Shown piece by piece: positions 25,472 to 38,156 of a stretch of 64,000 nt of DNA. Both the position numbers and the translations under genes were made by a program. Where the stretch lies: the NCBI RefSeq assembly GCF_006345805.1, contig NC_043002.1, forward strand, positions 119,722,001 through 119,786,000, read 5' to 3'. Numbering within the stretch: position 1 is the first letter of the stretch; every line of letters starts with the position of its first letter. This stretch comes from Octopus sinensis. Taxonomy: Eukaryota. The notes below the pieces were generated by a model. It was not told the DNA's origin. It was given only the letters and a program-made list of their open reading frames with translations, and ran no database searches.

Positions 25472-25680
25472 TAATCCAAACATGAAAACACAAAGAGAAA
25501 ACACAACAACGCGAGGATGTGGAACAAGTATAGTATTATTGGACACTCAGGAAAGAAGGAAAGAAGGAGGGCTTAACGTTTCGAGCGGAGCTCTTCGTCA
25601 GAAACATAGGAAAAGGAAAGATCCAGAGAAGGGAAGACGCAGGGAAAAAAATCGCCAACGGTACACATGCGGGTCACACT

Positions 25681-25685
<5 letters not shown>
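25467..25685 (-). mobile_element. Family P2 HHR-bearing element end between (TA)n tracts
   Basis: Contains the HHR at 25571-25605. Bounded by (TA)n at both sides. Confidence 0.65.
25571..25605 (-). ncRNA. Ultra-minimal type I hammerhead ribozyme (P2)
   Basis: gttt CTGACGA a gagc tcc gctc GAAAC GTT aagc. Extra A after A9, loopless palindromic stem III (ACGU), triplet GUU. Confidence 0.8.
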
Positions 25686-25726
<41 letters not shown>

Positions 25727-25727
<1 letters not shown>

Positions 25728-26151
25728 AATATAAACAAAGGGTAATAATATAGATTACTACCAGTGGCCCAGCACAAAAGACGAATAAATCATTAGACAA
25801 AATATTATTCATATAGAAATATAATCAAGGGCTCCTAAATAAGGATGCCAAGTGCTACGGACACAAAAAAGGGATAAATTCATCGAGAGTGAAAATCAAA
25901 AACATTTACCATTAACGATATATCCCGAACTGATCAGTTTCTACCTCTTTCTAGCAAAACAGACAGAATATGTCTGCTAAGGCCGGTTTCATCAGCGAGA
26001 CGTTTTTGTTAAATCGAGATGCACAGAGCGTTAGACCATGTGTTGATCTAAACAACTTGTAAATCTTGCAAAATAAACCCGGTGATACAGGGCATGCCGG
26101 GAAAAAATTTTACGAACAAATCTATCAATTAATATGTGAATATAATCAAAA
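25727..26151 (-). mobile_element. Family P3 retrozyme-like unit (~411 bp plus short terminal redundancy)
   Basis: Homologous along its length to 37610-38158. gaatataa(a/t)caaa occurs at both ends. Microsatellite flanks. Confidence 0.75.
25923..26000 (-). ncRNA. Type I hammerhead ribozyme with extended stem II (P3)
   Basis: tctcg CTGATGA a acc...ggt a GAAAC tgatca GTT cggga. Palindromic stem III aactgatcagtt. Confidence 0.75.
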
Positions 26152-26156
26152 ATATG

Positions 26157-26194
<38 letters not shown>

Positions 26195-26659
26195 ATTATA
26201 CATATGAAAAAAGAAACTATAATGCGTAGAACCAATGTTCATACTAACATGGAAATAGTGGAAAGAGTTACATTGGATGTTTCGAACGAAGACATTTCGT
26301 CTGCTGTACGAGGCTTATATTAAAGATGTTTAACATACCGTATACCTGTTATGTGAGATCAAATGGTTAAACATTTGCAAGGATTTGATGATTTTATGTG
26401 AATTAGACAAAATACGCCCAGAGTGTCGAATGAATGGTGGTTTATTAGTAAAATGCATTTCAAGTATTTTTACTGTACAAAGTTGGTAGGCGATTTTTTA
26501 TTAAGTAGTGAAAAGTTGTAGCTTCAAGTTTACGTTCTCTTCTTCGGGTTTATGTTCCATTTGACAACTCAGTGCCATTGCTTCTTTTGAAGTTATGGCA
26601 AGTCTGGGAATATTGGTAGCATATGAAATTGAATCGTTCAGTTGCAAATCCAGTATGTT

Positions 26660-26877
26660 ACTCTTTTACTCTTTTACTTGTTACAGTCATTTGACTGCGG
26701 GCATGCTGGAGCATCGCCTTTAATCGAGCAACTCGACCCCGAGACTTATTCTTTTTGTAAGCCCAGTACTTTTTCTATCGGTCTCTTTTGCCGAACCGCT
26801 AAGTAACGGGGACATAAACACACCAGCATCGGTTGTCAAGCAATGCTAGGGGGACAAACATAGACATACAAACAAAC

Positions 26878-26908
<31 letters not shown>

Positions 26909-27073
26909 TACGACAGGCTTCTTTCAGTTTCCGTCTACCAAATCCACTCACAAGGCATTGGTCGGCCCGGGGCTATAGCAGAAGACACTTGCCCAAGATG
27001 CCACGCAGTGGGACTGAACCCGGAACCATGTGGCTGGTTAGCAAGCTACTTACCACACAGCCACTCCTGCGCC
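26660..27073 (-). mobile_element. SINE-A full length
   Basis: Reverse complement of the 13424-13843 type. Confidence 0.92.
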
Positions 27074-27948
27074 TATATGACACATATTTTTTAATATTTG
27101 CTTACTATGCAAACAATACAGTGAAGTTTACATTTGCTTTGTAAGGATCAGTTAATAGGCCGTTAATAAAGTTGATGTAATTGTCACAAATGCATTATAG
27201 TACTTCCAATTTTACTTCTTTCAGTCATTACTCTGAGGCATCTACTAGAAGTGTTTAGTTGAACAAATCGACAATAGTACTTAATTGTGTATCTTTTGTC
27301 TAACCGCTTTATTACGAGGATGTAAACAACAAACTAACACCAGTTATATAGCGGTGATGAAGAACAAACATACACACACAGAAACATATATATCATTCAA
27401 CCACGGTAGTAGTTTCGTCAATCGCAGCAGCTTCCAAGCTTCACCACTAATTCAGTTCTCAACTTGCGTAATATCAAATAATTCGATCACAACATATATT
27501 GAAATTAAACACGGAAAAAATTGAAATATTATCATCACTAACATGGAAAAGTTGAAATATCTTTTAGTATTTTATAAGGTAAAATCTTAAATAATTGACA
27601 CCTGGAAAAATCATGGATTACATGGAAAAATTCGAGCATGAAAAGTCATATTCTTAAAATTATAAACCTGGAAAAGTAGAGGACAAGCTACTACTTCTAG
27701 TAAAATAAAGAATAAGAAACATTTTACTTAAAATATTGCAGGTAAAATTGAAATTTGAATATTAAAAATTATTTTATTATAGTTTACAAATAACACTATA
27801 TTTATTTAAGTAGAATTTGGCTAATTCAATACCTTAAATACAGAAAAAAAGTGATTAATTAGACAAACTGAAAAGTTTTGTACAATAAATTTAAAAGATG
27901 CGATCTGTAAAGAGTGATAAATTAGAACTGGCATTCTTTGCTGTAATA

Positions 27949-28338
27949 TCTATATATATAAAGCTGAAGTTGTCTGTGTGTGGCAGGTTTAGTAGCCTTC
28001 AACTAACTCTATTTCCTCCGAGACCCTGCGGCGAAAGTTGACCAAAATTGAGAGTATGATAGAAGAAGACTTGCGCTTTATTCCTTAGAAGATAAAATTC
28101 AAAAGGGGCCATGTTAAGACCAAAAATTATTTACATAAAAAAGGTGCTTTTTTTCTATGAAAATCCCTACTTTTTACGATTTTTTGACTGCTGTGTCGCC
28201 ATTATTCGGTGTATTTCAACCAGAAAAATGTTCACTTAAAGAGAATAACAAGCTACATAAAGCAAAATTCTTACTTTTCAAAAATTCTAATTCTAAAGGG
28301 TCGAAACAAACCCGAGCAACGCCGGGCGATATTGCTAG
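27949..28338 (+). mobile_element. Non-autonomous Helitron H1b (H1 termini, different interior)
   Basis: A|TC start and acaaacccgagcaacgccgggcgatattgCTAG|T end. The interior is unrelated to 3194-3619. Confidence 0.8.
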
Positions 28339-28494
28339 TTTTAAATAAAAAGCTTTTTATTCTTTACTTTACTTGAAGTAATAGTTTGTTGTATACTTTT
28401 ACAGGTGTAATAACTTGTCCTATATTTTTCCAGGTTTATATTCTTAAGAATATGACTTTTCATGCTTGCATGTTTCCATGTATTACATATATAT

Positions 28495-28514
28495 TACACA
28501 CACACACAGACACA

Positions 28515-28607
<93 letters not shown>

Positions 28608-28615
28608 GATATATC

Positions 28616-28704
<89 letters not shown>

Positions 28705-28745
28705 TTATCTATCTATCTCTCTATCTCTCTCCCCCCCTCTCTCTC

Positions 28746-28785
<40 letters not shown>
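28495..28785. repeat. Compound microsatellite (CA)n(TA)n(TCTA)n(TC)n(TA)n
   Basis: Directly visible. Confidence 0.95.
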
Positions 28786-28789
<4 letters not shown>

Positions 28790-29839
28790 TTGCTGTTTTT
28801 AAATAAATGTCCAGTTCCTTTGATTTGTGTCTATGTTTTCGTTTCTCATTGTGTTCGACGTCCTTCTTGGTGTCCTGTACTCATATATGCGTGTATATGT
28901 ACATGTAGAGGTAGGTACGTACATATATGTTTATATATGCATATGTTCTATTTTATTAACATATTATACGACTAAACGCACGCACCCTAATAAGTAAGAT
29001 TGTTCTGTTTATCAAGTTAGCCTTGATATTAACTCTCACGCGACTCTGCATCTTTCTTTCTTTCTCTCCATTCCCTTTTTCGTCTTTTTTCCCTCACTTA
29101 ACTTGTCTCTTCCTCTCTCTCTCATTCTTCATTCTCTCTCTCCCTTTCACCATTCTTCATGGTCTCCTCGCACCATTCCCCTTCTTCTCTCTCTTCCTCT
29201 TGCTCCTCCTCCCCCATTCCCGTCGTCCATCTGCGACGATACTTCCGTCGTAACTGCTATCCTGTCTTTTCTCGCTCGCCTTGTAAGGCTACTGGTCGAC
29301 ATATTTTCTCTCTCTCGTCGTCCACGATAATCCAGCGTTTGCAATACTTTTTTCGTCTGGCGTTAACAGCCCTTCTTATCTTGTTCTCCTTGTCCTGTCT
29401 CTCACTGTTATATATTTATTTTTCCACTGTTTATATATATATTTTTTTACTGTTTATATGTTTGTACTGTCGTTACCGTCTTGCTTTTTTTTACCCCTCT
29501 GCGAAAAGATCTCAGAATTTTAATTGATTTGCTTTTCGCGGGAAGGAAGTTTTCTTCGAAGTATACGTCTCGCTTTTATCCTTCGAAACGTAGAGTAGAT
29601 GAAAGCTTTAGCGACTGAAGAAGGGGTTTTTCCTTGTGTTAATTGTCCTGTATTCTATTTTTTTGCTGTTTTTAAATAAATGTCCAGTTCCTTTGATTTG
29701 TGTCTATGTTTTCGTTTCTCATTGTGTTCGACGTCCTTTTTGGTGTCCTGTACTCATATATGCGTGTATATGTACATGTAGAGGTAGGTACGTACATATA
29801 TGTTTATATATATGCATATGTTCTATTTTATTAACATAT
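28786..29839 (+). mobile_element. Family P5 element with ~180-bp direct terminal redundancy, flanked by (TA)n
   Basis: 28786-28964 is repeated at ~29659-29839. The candidate type II HHR lies just upstream of the second repeat. Confidence 0.7.
29543..29635 (+). ncRNA. Candidate type II hammerhead ribozyme (2-nt lesion in GAAAC)
   Basis: aaggaag tttt cttc GAA[--] gtatac GTC tcgct tttatc...gatgaa agcttt agcga CTGAAGA a gggg tt tttcctt. Stem I is closed and stem II is formed by the two ends. Confidence 0.5.
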
Positions 29840-30571
29840 ATATATATATATATATATGTATATCAATAATAACAAAGGGGGAAATTAATTAATCAACTAG
29901 TAATCAATAATTTCACCAAGTAGAATTCGGCATGAAATAGGACCATTTCAAGGTAAAGGTTTGCTTTACCACATACCGAAGAATAGAAATAGCAGTCAAA
30001 GAACCTTAGCTATTTCCTCTACTTTAAAAAGAGACTCCCGGAAAAAACAAATTACTCGAAAACAATCCACGAAGGCAGAGAGGAAAAATAACGAAAATCA
30101 ATCCATATTAGATTACCCATGTAATCATAAAATATATATATATCGTTCCGTCTACCAAATCTACCCACACAAATCCTTTCACCGGTCCTTAGCTATATAA
30201 TAGAAAACACGTGACCAAGGTGCTACGGAATGGGACTGAATCCTGCGGAACTGGTTGTCAAGTAAATGGGGTGAATAACATTTTTTAAAAAATAGCTCTT
30301 TCTCGAAAACTTTTATTTCTTAAAATTCTATGGAAATTTTCTGTGGTTGATTTGTTGTAGCCTTTTTTCTATTTGTACTGACCAGCTAATCTAACTAGAG
30401 CTCACACAAACATCCTTCATCTAACATCTACGTATCGATGTATATTTGATCACTACTCACTACTTGTGGAAACCTTTAACAAGTGATGGTATTTTTCATA
30501 AAATGCATGACCTAAAATATAGTAAGAATACATCTGGCTTTATTTCACCTGCTAACATTTTAAAACATCAG

Positions 30572-30925
30572 TTTTGCTTGCTTCAGTCATTGGACTGTGG
30601 CCATGTTGAGGCACCGCCTTGAAGGATTTTAGTTGTACGAATCAATCCAAATGCTTATTTCTTAATAGCCTGTTTCTTATTTTATCGGCTGCGTATGCCA
30701 AATCGCTACGTTACAGGGAAGAAATTATAATACCGGTTGTCCAGCAGTGATGGAGGACAAGCACGAACACACACACACAGATATTTCAGTCTACTGTTTC
30801 CAAATCCACAATGAAGGCTTTGGTCGTCCAGGGACTGTATTAGAAGACAGGTGGCTAAGGTACCACGTGGTGAAACTGAACTCAGAATCAGTGATATTGG
30901 GCAGTAAACTTCTTACCACACAGTT
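30572..30925 (-). mobile_element. Degenerate SINE-A
   Basis: cagtcattggactgtggccatgttgaggcaccgcc ... cttaccacacag. Confidence 0.7.
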
Positions 30926-32184
30926 ACATATATAAACATGAGGTAAAAATTAAATCCATTCACTTAAAAAGCAAAATTTATAATTGTGGAAATAATTCAT
31001 ATCATAACAAATTGGTATATTGACACAATATTTTGTCAGAATAAGTTCGAAGGAAGTTCTAAAATGTGATTTCAGGAATATCAATATTATTTTATTGAAA
31101 CATATTGATTAATACAGCTAAGTCATTCCTATTTTAAAGTTACTCACGTTAACAAAGGATCCTGTTGCCCCAGAATAGTCTTTTAGTGAGCTCTTTTTTT
31201 TTTATTCATCAGTCTAATGATATATTTTCTCACTTTTTTTCGACTGGATTCTTGTTACTTCCGAGTTCACAGTACTATTACGCCTTGACCGCGTTGCTAA
31301 GTTCACACTATTTTCGTAATCAGTTCAAAACCTTCCACCGTTCACCTTAATCGCCGAAACCAACTTCACAGTATGTGTAAACTGTTCTATACGGAATTGC
31401 CTGGCACCATCATTCACATCGAGTACCTCACATCGACCGCAAGGCACTGAATACTATACCGTCCACATCGGCTTCCCAGTACGTCACAGATTTCCTTTCG
31501 GCACGAACTACCTCCCCATGTGGGCAGTAGTCTTTATACTTCACCCACACCATAAAATGGCCTCAAAATCCTACCGTCTACGCTTTAAACAGTCACTTGA
31601 CTACAAACAAGTATTCTTTTCGTCTTCGCTAGCAAAGTCAAAGAATGGTGTAGTAATTTGCGTCGTACGAATGAGAGATTATCTAAATATAACTTTTTTC
31701 GTTCGTAACAATATATATATATATATAATGTGTGTGTGTAGGAGATTTTGCGTACATAGAAAGCTTGTTGGCAGGGAACCGACGCGAATTTGACGGTAGG
31801 ATGTGGGATACTATATTTCACGACACTTGTACTATGAACCGAATTAAGTAGTTCTCGTGTTTGAATTTTTCCAGATATTCATTATGGACCAATTTTACTG
31901 GTAAACTGTAATAAATGCCTGACAGAATAATTTGGTTATGGGAGTCATATAAAGTAGGTTTCATATTGTGTAATATATTTTTGAACAAAAAAATATGTGC
32001 TATATAAACGTACGTAGCATGTTTTGAACAAAATCTACGATATATATATACATATATATATATATATTATATATATATATATACATGTACACATCTAACT
32101 ACCTGTGTGTATGTATGCTTGAATGTGTGAGTGTTTATGCGTGGTTTAAACATCACACGTCTGGCATACGACAGCTATACGCAT

Positions 32185-32222
<38 letters not shown>

Positions 32223-32230
<8 letters not shown>

Positions 32231-34501
32231 TATTAGAGACAAAACCACTATTTTGCAAAACAAACAAGGAAAGACTTAATCAATACATAAAATTTTAATA
32301 AATAGTCAAAAAAACCGCCACTACAATCGTTTCTTGTCTTGATCGACAATCTTCAGGTGGACTTCCAATCTAAAAAATCAATATTTTAAAATATAAAAAT
32401 AATAATTTTAAAATAATTAAAGTATGAATGAAAAAATATAAGTATATAATCCATATATAATCAATATATAAACAATATATAAACTAAAAAAAACCTATCA
32501 ACAATTAAATATAAAATATAAAATATAAAATATAAAATATAAAATATAAAATATAAAATATAAAATATAAAATATAAAATATAAACAAAACAAAAAAATA
32601 ATAATAATATAATAATAAACTATATATACACCCATACACATATACCTAATTATATATAACCATATCTAACTACATACACTAAATCACACACCTATATATA
32701 TATCCCTATACATACACATAAAACCGTCTAGGCAACTATAAATAAATAAAATAGCTAAATACTTCAACACAATACTTATTCATACTCCCACACACACACA
32801 TACAACCCACATTCACGCTCTAGAAAACGGACATCACTCAAAACTATGAACGGAGAAATGGAATAAATGGAATTAAAATTATATTCACTTGGTAAAAACG
32901 AACACTACTTAAAAATTATGAATGAAACAATGCAATAAAACAACAGACATCGCAAATAGACACAAATTACTACGAATTCCTTAACAAACCTATCATGATA
33001 AACCAAAACTCATAAAACATATAATGATAAAATCTCCCTTTACTAAACTCTATAACAAACCTATATAGCAATCCCCCTAACCTAAACATTCACACACAAA
33101 TACACACACGTAAACCACACACCCACGACATATACAAATACCCACACCACTTACACATACCAATACATACATATAAACTCAACATATACTCCAAAAACCC
33201 ACTCAACCCCACACAGACAAATAATCACAAAAATTATGAATGGATTCTTTTATAAAACTACCATGATAAGCTAAAACTCACAAAACAGAAATGATAAAAC
33301 CTCCCTTTACTAAACACTATAACATACTTATATAGCAATCCCTTTAACCTATACATTCACACACAAAACACACACGTAAACCACACACCCATAACAAATA
33401 CAAACACCCACCCCACTCACACACACCCACAAGTACATATAAGCCTCAACATATACACCAAACAAAATTACTTTACCAAGGAACTTAACATATGTATAAA
33501 AAGTATAACCGCTCTGGAAACGAACATCTCTAAATTAATAAATGGAGAAATGGAATAAATGGAATTAAAAATAATATTCACGTGGCAAAACGAACACCAC
33601 TCAAAATTTTGAATGAAACAATGTAATAAAACAACCAACATCGAAAATAGACAAATTACCACGAATTCCCTAAAAAAAACCATGATAAACCAAAACTCTT
33701 ATAAACATATAACGATAAAATCTCCCTTTGCTAAACTCTATATCAAACCTATATAATAATCCCCCTAACCTAAACGTTCACACACAAATACACACACGTA
33801 AACCACAGACCCACGACTTATACACATACCTATACTAACTTATAAACCTCAATATACACCAAAACCCACTCACTCCCCACACAGACAAATTAACACATAC
33901 ATCCCAAAACCTAAATAACAAACCCATATACACATTCACACACAAACACACACACACGCAAAACACACACACAACGGATACATATACTCCCTCACATATA
34001 CGCATATACATACTCACTAAACTCGATATATACAACAATATTTACACACCCACACTCATACAGATAAATAAATTATACAACTAAAAACTCACACACAAAC
34101 TCATATACATAAACACTCCTATGAAAACAACATTAAATACATCGTAATTAACCAGAATATCAAAAATAACAATATGACATAAGGATAAATAAAAGACATA
34201 CTTACAAGTCAGTTTCAAATTATGAAGTGAAATTAAATTCTTAGCCGTTAAAAAATCAAACCAAAATTACGTTACCATAGAAATAACTTATGTAAAAAAA
34301 AGAATACGCGCCATGGAAAGTAAACGTCATTTAAATTATGAATGGAGAAAAGAATAAATGGAACTAAAAACTATATCCACGTGGCAAACCAACACTACTT
34401 AAAAAAATTTTATTATGAATGGATTCTTTAAAAACTACCATGAAAAATCATTATATACATTTATGAGCTTTAGCTCACCTTAGCAGCTCTAACAAACAAC
34501 T

Positions 34502-34505
<4 letters not shown>
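32223..34505 (-). mobile_element. Element P1, single 2.3-kb copy between (TA)n tracts
   Basis: Colinear with 20471-22032 and extends ~700 bp further. (TA)n on both sides. Confidence 0.9.
32318..32360 (-). ncRNA. Minimal type I hammerhead ribozyme (P1, third copy)
   Basis: Identical to 20563-20605. Confidence 0.85.
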
Positions 34506-34584
<79 letters not shown>

Positions 34585-36544
34585 GTGTGCGTGTGTGTGC
34601 GTGTATATGTGTGTGCAGTAAAATTAATTTCTACCGATAAAAGCTGGTGCTTAAATTAAACTTATTAAACGAAAGTTTTGCAGTACTGGACACATGAAGT
34701 CCATTGCACATTTTCCACCGAAAAACATTACTCAAAGCAGCAGCTGCGAAAGGTCTATGGCTGTAGCCGAGACAGTGGAACCTCCAGTTGTTCAGGGAGC
34801 CTTGGTCGTAATGCACTGGGGAAGATAAATTGCAGTAACTACGTTCGTTCAATTATATCCTGGGTTTAAACTCCAGGTTACTTTCGCCATGACATGTTAA
34901 AAATGAACACTACTGAATACCAATAACCTAATTAATCGTATATGAAATATCAATATATTACTAAAAAAACTAGAAATATACCATAAAACCAGCCGCTGTT
35001 TTCACGTATTTAGAAATGAACTACTGAAACATCGGCACCCACTCTTAAATAAATGTATATATAAATATGCAAATTATAAATCATGCACTGAAATTCTATA
35101 ATTATTATGTCATAATTCAAGTTATTTAAATTTTAGATGGATCAAGTTCTTTTCAGATATATTTATGAAGTGAGAGGAACAAAAACTGAGGAAGGAAATT
35201 AATCTGAAGGAGGAGATACAAGACACCTCAAAGTTAGTATAAATGTTTGGGATAACAAAGCAGAGAGAATGGCTAATGGAAGCTATGTAGGAAGCTGCTT
35301 AACAGAGAGAAACAAGGAGGTGGAATGTAGGGTAATAGTGTGAAATATGTAGAGAAATCAAGCGGAAATAATAAAATGGAGGGTTAGAAGCACCAGAAAA
35401 AGTCCTGCATACATCACTTTTAGCGGAAAGTAGAAGCAATTTTATTTTAATTCTGTTTATTTTGTGACAACGATCTAGCAAAGAAGAGCAAGATATATAT
35501 AAATAAATAAATATATATATATATATATATATATTTATTTATTTATTTATTTATCTATTTATATATAAATAAATATATATATAAAACTATAAAGAGAAAA
35601 TTTACAGGATACTGAGGTCAAATTGAAGAAAGAAATGTTCGTTGTAATATATCTAAAATGGTGTAGAATTGCTCTGAAAATGAAATCAAATGGAAATTTT
35701 TCAAAGACATCAAAATAATTTCTCAGGCACAGCAGATATTCAATGGAGCGCGAAAAGAAGTTTTAAAAATGTGTTTGATGAAAAATCACCACCCAGTTTT
35801 CTTATTAATAAGAAATACTGGAATACAACATAACTATGTATTGCAATAAAAAAATATGAGATTAAAAAAACAAATATTTGGGATAATACTACTAAACTAG
35901 TTCAACTGAATACTGATTGGTGCTGAGTTCAAATCTTATCCTAATATATAGTTACGCCCCACTGCAGCGCATTTACTTCTACATTATCTAAATTCACATA
36001 ACTAGTAATAGTTGAGACTAAGCATTTCTGAGAGGGTAACCCACAAAATATTTGTGTTTCACCCAACGGCACTTGTTACATCTGAATTCGGACATGTGGA
36101 CTTAAGTATTACAGCAATCAGATCTATTTTCTCACTCTATAGATCTTTGTTATTCTGCAAAAGATAAATGTGTTTTAAAAGATATCTGTTAAGTTTGGTA
36201 ATTCTAGATCCTGTGTAATTAATGATATCCAATAGAATTTTTAATAATTTCAAATTCAATCCAAATAAAATCAAGATACCTGCTGATGTAGCATCAGCAG
36301 TGCAGTAGACATGGGTATTATAGTAGCAGGAGCAAAATTGTAGTTGAGTGCAGGCCTGATGTTTGGAAATTTCGGAAATAGATCTACCCTCACTGCTTTG
36401 TGGGAAAGGGAAGAACCTACTGTATGCGATAATTGTTTTGCTTTCAAGAAATGTCCCTTGGTTTAATCGGATTACCCTAAAATAGTTATGTATACGTTTA
36501 TAAAAACATTTTATACGTATGTATGTATGTATGTATGTATATAT

Positions 36545-36770
36545 ATCACTTTGATCACTTTGACCGACCAGTCCGTCAGGCGTCCATTTGACACCGCTGG
36601 TCACAGCACGCTGTCCACTCCTCTCTGGATCGCGCCTTTCTCCTCCACGTGATCCCAATCGTCCTCCTGAAATCGTCACTCCACCGTCGTGGAGGTCTTC
36701 CGGGTGGTCTTTTCCGCTCACGCGGGTACCACTCGACAACTGCGTGCGTCCACCGATTATCGGTATATTA
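36545..36770 (-). mobile_element. RTE-clade LINE extreme 3' end
   Basis: Minus strand reads RWTHAVVEWYPRERKRPPGRPPRRWSDD...SREEW, followed by a short repeated tail. Confidence 0.75.
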
Positions 36771-37224
36771 TGTATATATATATATAGGCGCATAGTAAAA
36801 CCACCGGAAAGGGACACACTGATTTAAAACCCTACAAGTTTCACATGATTGCTTGTTAACTTGCTTAGGCTTGTCAGGCGGCAGTAATAACGTAGACGCA
36901 GAAAGTAGTTCCTGCTTTGCACAAGCATTTATCACTATGATCCAGTAAAGTAAGATGTTTCTTTGTGGTGACCTCATTTGCCATTCCATCTATTCAAAGT
37001 CCTATGGAGATAGAAAAATAGCGACATGTACAGACCTTAGAAGTTGGAAGCGCGCAGTAAGTTACAACTTTCGTCTGTCACCTATTCTAAAGACCATGCA
37101 AATCTGCATCGAGCCTCAATAGTCATTTGCGATATCATGGACACATAGTCAGCAATGTCAGTGACACACACACACACAAACACACACAAACACACACACA
37201 TATATGGAGAAATAGATAGAGAAG

Positions 37225-37314
<90 letters not shown>

Positions 37315-37553
37315 TAGAGAGAGAATTATATATGTCTTTTACTCTTTTACTTGTTTCAGTCAGTTGACTGCGGCCATGCTGGAGAACCGCCTTTAGTCGA
37401 GCAAATCGACCCCGGAACTTATTCTTTGTAAGCCCAGTACTTATTTTATCGGTCTCTTTTGCCGAACCGCTAAGTGACGGGGACGTAAACACACCAGAAT
37501 CGGTTGTCAAGCAATGCTAGGGGGACAAACACACACACACACACACACACACA

Positions 37554-37585
<32 letters not shown>

Positions 37586-37609
37586 TATATATATATATAT
37601 TATATATAT

Positions 37610-38156
37610 AAACAGGAAGGGTAGTAATATTATTTACTACCAGGTGCCCAGCACAAAAGACGAATTAGTCATAAGACAAAAATATTATTCATATAGAAAA
37701 ATATTATTCATGTAGTTATACAATTAAGGGCTCCTAAATAAAGATGCCGAGTGCTGGGAACACAAAAAGGGGATGAATTTATCGAGAGTGAAAATCAAAA
37801 ACGTTTACCGATAACTTTAACAACTCGTACCGCGGTTTTTGCTTCTTTCTAGCAAAACACAGAATGTGTTTGCTAAGGCCAGCTTCATCAGCGAGTCGCC
37901 TAAATTTAATCGAGGTCTGCAGCGATGTGGGACTATGTGTTGAACCCGACTACTAGCAGATCTTAACTTTTCAAATCTCTGCGCAGACGCAAAATTTACA
38001 CGGGCATGCCGGGAAGAATTTTACGAATAAATCCATCATGTGGTATGCGAATATAAACAAGAAGGGTAGTAATATTATTTACTACCAGGTGCCCAGCACA
38101 AAAGACGAATTAGTCATAAGACAAAAATATTATTCATATAGAAAAATATTATTCAT

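Noticed and set aside
26263-26310. HHR-like CAGACGA...GAAAC...GTA on the minus strand
   Set aside because: U4A, stem I does not pair and stem II is out of register. At most a decayed remnant.
29915-29990. Hairpin ggtaaag/ctttacc followed by GAAAT.GTC on the minus strand
   Set aside because: No recognisable CUGANGA and no stem I.
31253-31710. Solo LTR (TGTTAC...GTAACA termini, 458 bp)
   Set aside because: No TSD (ttct versus atat), no second copy, and no PBS/PPT or internal domain. The 6-bp IR may be chance.
32850-33900. CRISPR-like array (P1 modules; also the 39619 minisatellite)
   Set aside because: Eukaryotic context, no constant repeat with unique spacers, and no cas genes.
20471-34505. 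Direct A-to-I editing signature among the three P1 copies
   Set aside because: The differences I could read are mostly CG>CA/TG (ordinary CpG decay) or homopolymer indels, with no clustered A>G.
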